A stretch of 64,000 nt of DNA from Hydrurus foetidus (taxonomy: Eukaryota): assembly GCA_900617105.1 (NCBI GenBank), contig UYFQ01000842.1, forward strand, positions 62,001 through 126,000, in the 5' to 3' direction. This document shows, one piece after another, positions 59,234 to 64,000 of the stretch (positions are counted from its first letter, which is position 1; every line of letters begins with the position of its first letter). Under the pieces are notes generated by a model. That model was not told the origin of the DNA, made no database searches, and saw only the letters and a program-made list of their open reading frames with translations. The translations under genes were made by a program, and so were the position numbers.

Positions 59234-61161
59234 GCCGAAAACTGGATGTGATTTGCATGGGCCGCGCCGCGGTCGATCTGTACGGAGAACAGATCGGAGG
59301 GCGTCTGGAGGACATGCTCACCTTCACCAAATACATGGGCGGCTCACCGGCCAACACCGCCGTGGGCATGGCCCGTCTGGGCTTGAAGTCCGCCATGCTG
59401 ACCCGCGTGGGCGACGAACACCACGGGCGCTTTGTGCGCGAAACGCTGCAGGCCGAAGGCGTCGATGTGAGCCATGTGACCACCGACCCCAAGCGCCTGA
59501 CTGCGCTAGTGTTTTTGGGCATCCAGGACCGCGACACCTTTCCGCTGATCTTCTACCGTGACAACTGTGCCGACATGGCCATCAGCGAAGACGACTTTGA
59601 CGCCGCCTACATTGCCTCCAGCAAGGCGCTGCTGCTCTCTGGCACCCACCTGTCACAGCCCCACACCTACACCAGCTGCATCAAGGCCATTGCGCTGGCC
59701 AAGACCGCAGGCACCCGCGTGGTGCTGGACATTGACTACCGCCCCGTGCTCTGGGGCCTGACCAGCCCAGGCATGGGCGAGCAGCGCTTTGTGCCCTCTG
59801 CCGAAGTCAGCGCCCGTGTGCAAACCGTCATCAGCGCCTGCGACCTGGTGGTCGGCACTGAGGAAGAGATCCACATTGCCGGTGGCAGCACCGACACCCT
59901 GGTGGCCTTGCGCCGCCTGCGTGAACTGAGCACGGCCACGCTGGTCGTCAAGCGTGGTCCCATGGGCTGCGTAGTGTTTGAAGGCGCCATTCCCGACGAC
60001 ATCGACAAGGGCCTGAAAGGCCCCGGCTTCCCGGTAGACGTGTACAACGTATTGGGCGCGGGCGATGCCTTCATGGCCGGCTTTCTGCGCGGCTGGGTTC
60101 GCGATGAGGCGTTGACCCGCTGCTGCGCGTATGCCAACGCCTGCGGTGCGCTGGTGGTGTCGCGCCACGGCTGCGCACCGGCCATGCCCAGCTGGGAAGA
60201 GCTGCAGTTCTTCCTCGACCACGGCTCCAACACCCGGCGCCTGCGCGAAGATGTGCAGCTGGAACACCTGCACCGCGTCACCACGCGCACCCGCCGCTGG
60301 GATGAGCTGGTCATCCTCGCGTTTGACCACCGCATGCAGCTGGAAGAACTGGCCGACCGCCACGGTGCCGACCACGCACGCATCAATGCCTTCAAACTGT
60401 TGATTGCTGAAGGCGCACGCCAGGGCGCAGGCAAGCGCTCGGGCGTGGGCATCATTGTGGACGGCCGCTTTGGCGAAGACGTGTTCCCGCCCATGACCGG
60501 TACCGGCTGGTGGGTGGCCCGCCCCGTGGAGTTGCCAAGCTCGCGGCCGCTGCAGTTTGAAGCCGGTTCACACCTCGCTACGGTCATGCGCACCTGGCCC
60601 GGCGAGCATGTGGCCAAGTGTTTGGTGAGCTACCACCCGCACGATGTCGCCCCCATGCGCGAAGCCCAGCTCGCGCGCCTGACCGAGCTGCAAAAAGCCA
60701 GCGTGGACACCTTCCACGAGTTTTTGATCGAGGTGATCCCGCCGCGCGAGATGCCGTCGGACGAAACCACCCTGGCCCAAGCGCTGGAGCAAATCTACCG
60801 CGCAGGCATTTACCCGGACTGGTGGAAGCTGCCTCCAGCGGCCTCAGCCGCAGAGTGGGAGCGTATTGCCGCCGTGATTGCACGCCACGACCCGCATTGC
60901 CGCGGCGTGCTGGTGCTGGGCCTGGAAGCCAGTGAAGACAAACTGGAACGCAGCTTCCAGATGGCGGCGCCCCACTCCGTCTGCCGCGGCTTTGCCGTAG
61001 GCCGCTCCATCTTCGCCGACGCGGCCACCAGCTGGTTCTCCAACCAGATGGGTGACGCCGACGTCGTCAAAGACATTGCAGCGCGCTACGCCCGCCTGAT
61101 CACGCTCTGGGATGCCGCACGGACGCCCCAGTCCGTCGAAGCCCCCGCAGCCACCGTTTGA
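59230..61161 (+). CDS. iolC: 5-dehydro-2-deoxygluconokinase fused to a DUF2090 (aldolase-like) domain
   Basis: GRAAVDLYGEQIG, DIDYRPVLWGL, NVLGAGDAF, AFDHR, PDWWKL, GFAVGRSIF. Confidence 0.93.
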   Translation: MSRKLDVICMGRAAVDLYGEQIGGRLEDMLTFTKYMGGSPANTAVGMARLGLKSAMLTRVGDEHHGRFVRETLQAEGVDVSHVTTDPKRLTALVFLGIQDRDTFPLIFYRDNCADMAISEDDFDAAYIASSKALLLSGTHLSQPHTYTSCIKAIALAKTAGTRVVLDIDYRPVLWGLTSPGMGEQRFVPSAEVSARVQTVISACDLVVGTEEEIHIAGGSTDTLVALRRLRELSTATLVVKRGPMGCVVFEGAIPDDIDKGLKGPGFPVDVYNVLGAGDAFMAGFLRGWVRDEALTRCCAYANACGALVVSRHGCAPAMPSWEELQFFLDHGSNTRRLREDVQLEHLHRVTTRTRRWDELVILAFDHRMQLEELADRHGADHARINAFKLLIAEGARQGAGKRSGVGIIVDGRFGEDVFPPMTGTGWWVARPVELPSSRPLQFEAGSHLATVMRTWPGEHVAKCLVSYHPHDVAPMREAQLARLTELQKASVDTFHEFLIEVIPPREMPSDETTLAQALEQIYRAGIYPDWWKLPPAASAAEWERIAAVIARHDPHCRGVLVLGLEASEDKLERSFQMAAPHSVCRGFAVGRSIFADAATSWFSNQMGDADVVKDIAARYARLITLWDAARTPQSVEAPAATV

Positions 61162-61178
61162 ACGAACCAAGGAACCCC

Positions 61179-62081
61179 ATGACACCAAAAATCGGATTTA
61201 TCGGCATCGGCATGATGGGCCACGGCATGGCCAAAAACCTGCTGGCCAAAGGCTTCCCATTGACCTTCAAGGTCAACCGCAACCGCGACAACCTGGACGA
61301 CCTGATCGCCGCAGGTGCAAAAGAAGCCAATACCAATGCCGAGTGCGCGCAAGCCTCGGACATCGTGTTCATCTGCGTGACCGGCTCGCCGCAGGTAGAG
61401 CAAATTGTCTATGGCCCTGAAGGCCTGCTGGAGTGCGGCCGCACCGGCCTGATCGTGGTGGACACCTCTACTGCAGAGCCCTCGTCGAGCACCCGCATCC
61501 GCAATGACCTGGCCGCCAAGGGTATCAAGCTGGTGGACGCGCCGCTGGCGCGCACCCCCAAGGAAGCCGAGGAAGGCCGCCTGAACACCATGGTGGGCGC
61601 CGACCCTGAAGACTTCAAAACCCTGGAGCCCGTACTCAAGGCGTTCTGCGAAAACATCTTCCACGTGGGCCCGCCCGGCCACGGCCATGTGCTCAAGCTG
61701 GTCAACAACATGATGGCCATGACGTTTGCCGCCGCCATTGCCGAAGCCTTTGCAGTGGCCGCCAAGAGCGGGCTGGACCTGAACCGCCTGTACGACGTGA
61801 TCACCGTCGGTGGCGTGAACTGCGGCATTTTCCAGATGATGGCGACCAAGACCCTCAAGGAAGGCGACGTGACCGGCTTCAAGTTCGGCATCTCCAACGC
61901 GCAGAAGGACTTGCGCTACTACACCCACCTGGCCGAGATGCTGCCCGTGGCCAGCCTGATGGGCGAGGCCACACACCAAAGCCTGATTCAGGCCAGCAAT
62001 GCCGGCTTTGGCGACAAGCTGATCGCCTCCCTTTTCGAAGCCCAAGAAAAATTAAACGACGTGAAGATCGTTCCCCGTTAA
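61179..62081 (+). CDS. NAD(P)-dependent beta-hydroxyacid dehydrogenase (3-hydroxyisobutyrate DH family)
   Basis: GFIGIGMMGHGMA, VDAPLAR, LKLVNN, KDL. Confidence 0.88.
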   Translation: MTPKIGFIGIGMMGHGMAKNLLAKGFPLTFKVNRNRDNLDDLIAAGAKEANTNAECAQASDIVFICVTGSPQVEQIVYGPEGLLECGRTGLIVVDTSTAEPSSSTRIRNDLAAKGIKLVDAPLARTPKEAEEGRLNTMVGADPEDFKTLEPVLKAFCENIFHVGPPGHGHVLKLVNNMMAMTFAAAIAEAFAVAAKSGLDLNRLYDVITVGGVNCGIFQMMATKTLKEGDVTGFKFGISNAQKDLRYYTHLAEMLPVASLMGEATHQSLIQASNAGFGDKLIASLFEAQEKLNDVKIVPR

Positions 62082-62117
62082 CCGGTTCCCTATCCCTCAA
62101 CCCTGCAGGAGACAAAC

Positions 62118-63461
62118 ATGAGCGAATCCAAAAACAAAACCACCACCCAACCCGAGAGCGTTTCGGCTTCCCGCCGTTCGCTGCTCAAGCACACCAGCCT
62201 GGCCGTTGCAGGCGTGGGCCTGTATGGCGCGGCGCCCTTCATGGGCCCCTGGAAGCACAACACCGTGTGGGCCCAGGCCGCGCAAAAGAAACCGCTGACC
62301 ATTGGTCTGACCATGGACGCCTCGGGCCTGTATGCGGCCTCTGGTGGCATGGAACGCCTTGGCGCCATGATGGCCATCAAGGAATTCAATGACAAGGGCG
62401 GCGTGCTGGGCCGTCGCATTGAAGCCATCCACATCGACACCGAAACTACGCCCGCCACCGGCTCGCGCGTAGCCGAACGCATGATCACGCGCAACGAAGC
62501 GGCCTTCCTGATTGGTGCGGTGCACTCCGGCGTGTCCAACGCCATCTCGCAAGTCGCGCAAAAGTACGGCACGATCTTTTTGAACACCAACTCCAGCTCG
62601 CCCACCGAAGCCGGCAAGGACTGCCACCGCACCAAGTTTGTCTGGGACGGCAATGGCACCAACTTCAACAACGCCATCGTTAAGAACGCCATCAAGCACA
62701 GCGGCAAAAACTGGGTGCTGCTGACCAACGACTACGTGTGGGGCCGCACCACCGCAGCCGCCACCCGCGCCATTGTGGAAGCCAACGGCGGCAAGATCGT
62801 TGAAGAACTGCTGGTGCCGCAAAACACCCGTGACTTCTCGGCCTACCTGCTCAAGCTGCAACAGCTCAAGCCCCAGGTGGTGGCCACGGCGGTGGGCGGC
62901 GACGACATCAAGGCGCTGCGCCAACAGGTCGTGCAACTGAAGATGAACCAGACCATGGCCTGGGTCAACAACCAGCAGGACTGGCCCGATGTCTATGGCC
63001 TGGGCCCAGAGCAGATCTTCGGTGTGTTTGGCACCAACTGGTACTGGCACCTGCAGTTGCCCGGCGTGAAGGAATTCGTGGCGGCCTACCAAAAGCAATA
63101 CCCCGGCATGGCGATCCGCGTGCCCGGCAATGTGTACTACAACGGCTACATGGCCACGCGTGAACTGCTGCGTTGCGTGGAAGAAGCCGGCACGACCAAC
63201 AACATCGCAGTGATCAAGAAGCTCGAAGGCCGCAAGATGTCCGCCGTGGACCGCATGCAGCACTTTGACGCCTGGATGGACCCGGTCACCCACCAGTGCC
63301 AGCAAACCATCTACATGGCAACCTACAACGACCAACCGGCCGAGAAGGACGACATCTACAAAATCCTGACGCAGTCCGAACCCAAGGACGTGCAGGACAA
63401 GGATGCGCAAGGCGCGTGCAAGCTGGAAAGCTACGAGACCACGCCCACCTACGAAGTCTAA
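62118..63461 (+). CDS. HAAT-family substrate-binding protein with Tat signal
   Basis: SRRSLLK twin-arginine motif; GGVLGRRIE, DYVWGR. Confidence 0.88.
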   Translation: MSESKNKTTTQPESVSASRRSLLKHTSLAVAGVGLYGAAPFMGPWKHNTVWAQAAQKKPLTIGLTMDASGLYAASGGMERLGAMMAIKEFNDKGGVLGRRIEAIHIDTETTPATGSRVAERMITRNEAAFLIGAVHSGVSNAISQVAQKYGTIFLNTNSSSPTEAGKDCHRTKFVWDGNGTNFNNAIVKNAIKHSGKNWVLLTNDYVWGRTTAAATRAIVEANGGKIVEELLVPQNTRDFSAYLLKLQQLKPQVVATAVGGDDIKALRQQVVQLKMNQTMAWVNNQQDWPDVYGLGPEQIFGVFGTNWYWHLQLPGVKEFVAAYQKQYPGMAIRVPGNVYYNGYMATRELLRCVEEAGTTNNIAVIKKLEGRKMSAVDRMQHFDAWMDPVTHQCQQTIYMATYNDQPAEKDDIYKILTQSEPKDVQDKDAQGACKLESYETTPTYEV

Positions 63462-63472
63462 GCAGCACGGCC

Positions 63473-64000
63473 ATGACCACCACCACCACCTCCGTGCAGC
63501 GGCGGCGGCTGATCCAGGGCGCCGGCGCGACAGCGCTGGGCTTCCTGGGCCCCTGGAATGTGCACCGCGCCTGGGCGCAGTCCGGTGCCAAAAAGCCCTT
63601 GTTGATTGGGCTGTCCACCGACGACACGGGACCGTACGCGTCCAGCGGGCAAGACGAGCAGCGCGGCATCCTCATGGCGATCAATGAGGTGAACGCGCGC
63701 GGCGGGGTGTTGGGCAGGCGCATTGAAACCATCCACGCGGACACTGGCGGTGATGCTGTGCAGGCGGCGGCGGTCGCGCAGACCATGTTGGCGCAAAAAG
63801 AGGTGGCCTTCCTTTTGGGTGGCGTGCACTCGGGGGCGGCCAACGCCATCTCGCAAGTGGCGCAAAAGTACGGCTGCATCTACTTCAACACCAACTCCAG
63901 CTCGCCCAGCGAGGCCGGAAAAGACTGCCACCGCACCAAATTTGTCTGGGACGGCAATGGCACCAATTTTTCCACCTCGGTGGTGAAGGGCGCCATGACC
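63473..64000 (+). CDS. Second, paralogous HAAT substrate-binding protein (runs off window)
   Basis: MTTTTTSVQRRRLIQG... open to the window end; shares NTNSSSP.EAGKDCHRTKFVWDGNGTNF with the upstream protein. Confidence 0.85.
   Translation, partial: MTTTTTSVQRRRLIQGAGATALGFLGPWNVHRAWAQSGAKKPLLIGLSTDDTGPYASSGQDEQRGILMAINEVNARGGVLGRRIETIHADTGGDAVQAAAVAQTMLAQKEVAFLLGGVHSGAANAISQVAQKYGCIYFNTNSSSPSEAGKDCHRTKFVWDGNGTNFSTSVVKGAMT

Overview
GC-rich betaproteobacterial chromosome segment (Comamonadaceae-like; inferred from gene content and a dispersed intergenic repeat). The left core (1-11.0 kb) holds an MCP, a ChvE-like sugar-binding protein, a xylose isomerase pathway operon (xylF-xylH-xylG-ROK xylR-xylB-xylA) and an orphan GatC-type PTS IIC. 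The right core (39.3-64 kb) holds cyclic beta-1,2-glucan synthase, an MCP, pntAA/AB/B and a cluster with lower inositol pathway genes (iolA, iolR, iolC) and a HAAT-type ABC transporter. Between the convergent 3' ends of gatC and cgs lies a ~28 kb accessory tract with no integrase, made of stacked cassettes: a Hint fragment plus an IS3-split exported protein; Tim44/DUF2062/TerC/NhaR-like/HPF/zinc-finger; the DabAB inorganic carbon pump plus LysR; MFS plus cyo bo3 oxidase plus RegBA-like genes; and a two-component system plus ECF sigma. The most striking signal is in the cassette junctions. They are composite scars built from TraB-like, IS91/ISCR and IS4 fragments together with copies of the host gatC 3' end, the intergenic repeat and the cgs 3' end, all shortened internally by microhomology deletions. 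One scar preserves a miniature of the empty site, taken from a different (synonymously diverged) allele. Other candidates are a three-way-junction RNA upstream of terC, paired ROK-XylR operators, an FNR box at cyo, and an ABC ATPase lacking the signature subdomain. No tRNA, rRNA or CRISPR array was seen. Family assignments come from motif recognition by eye, not database searches.
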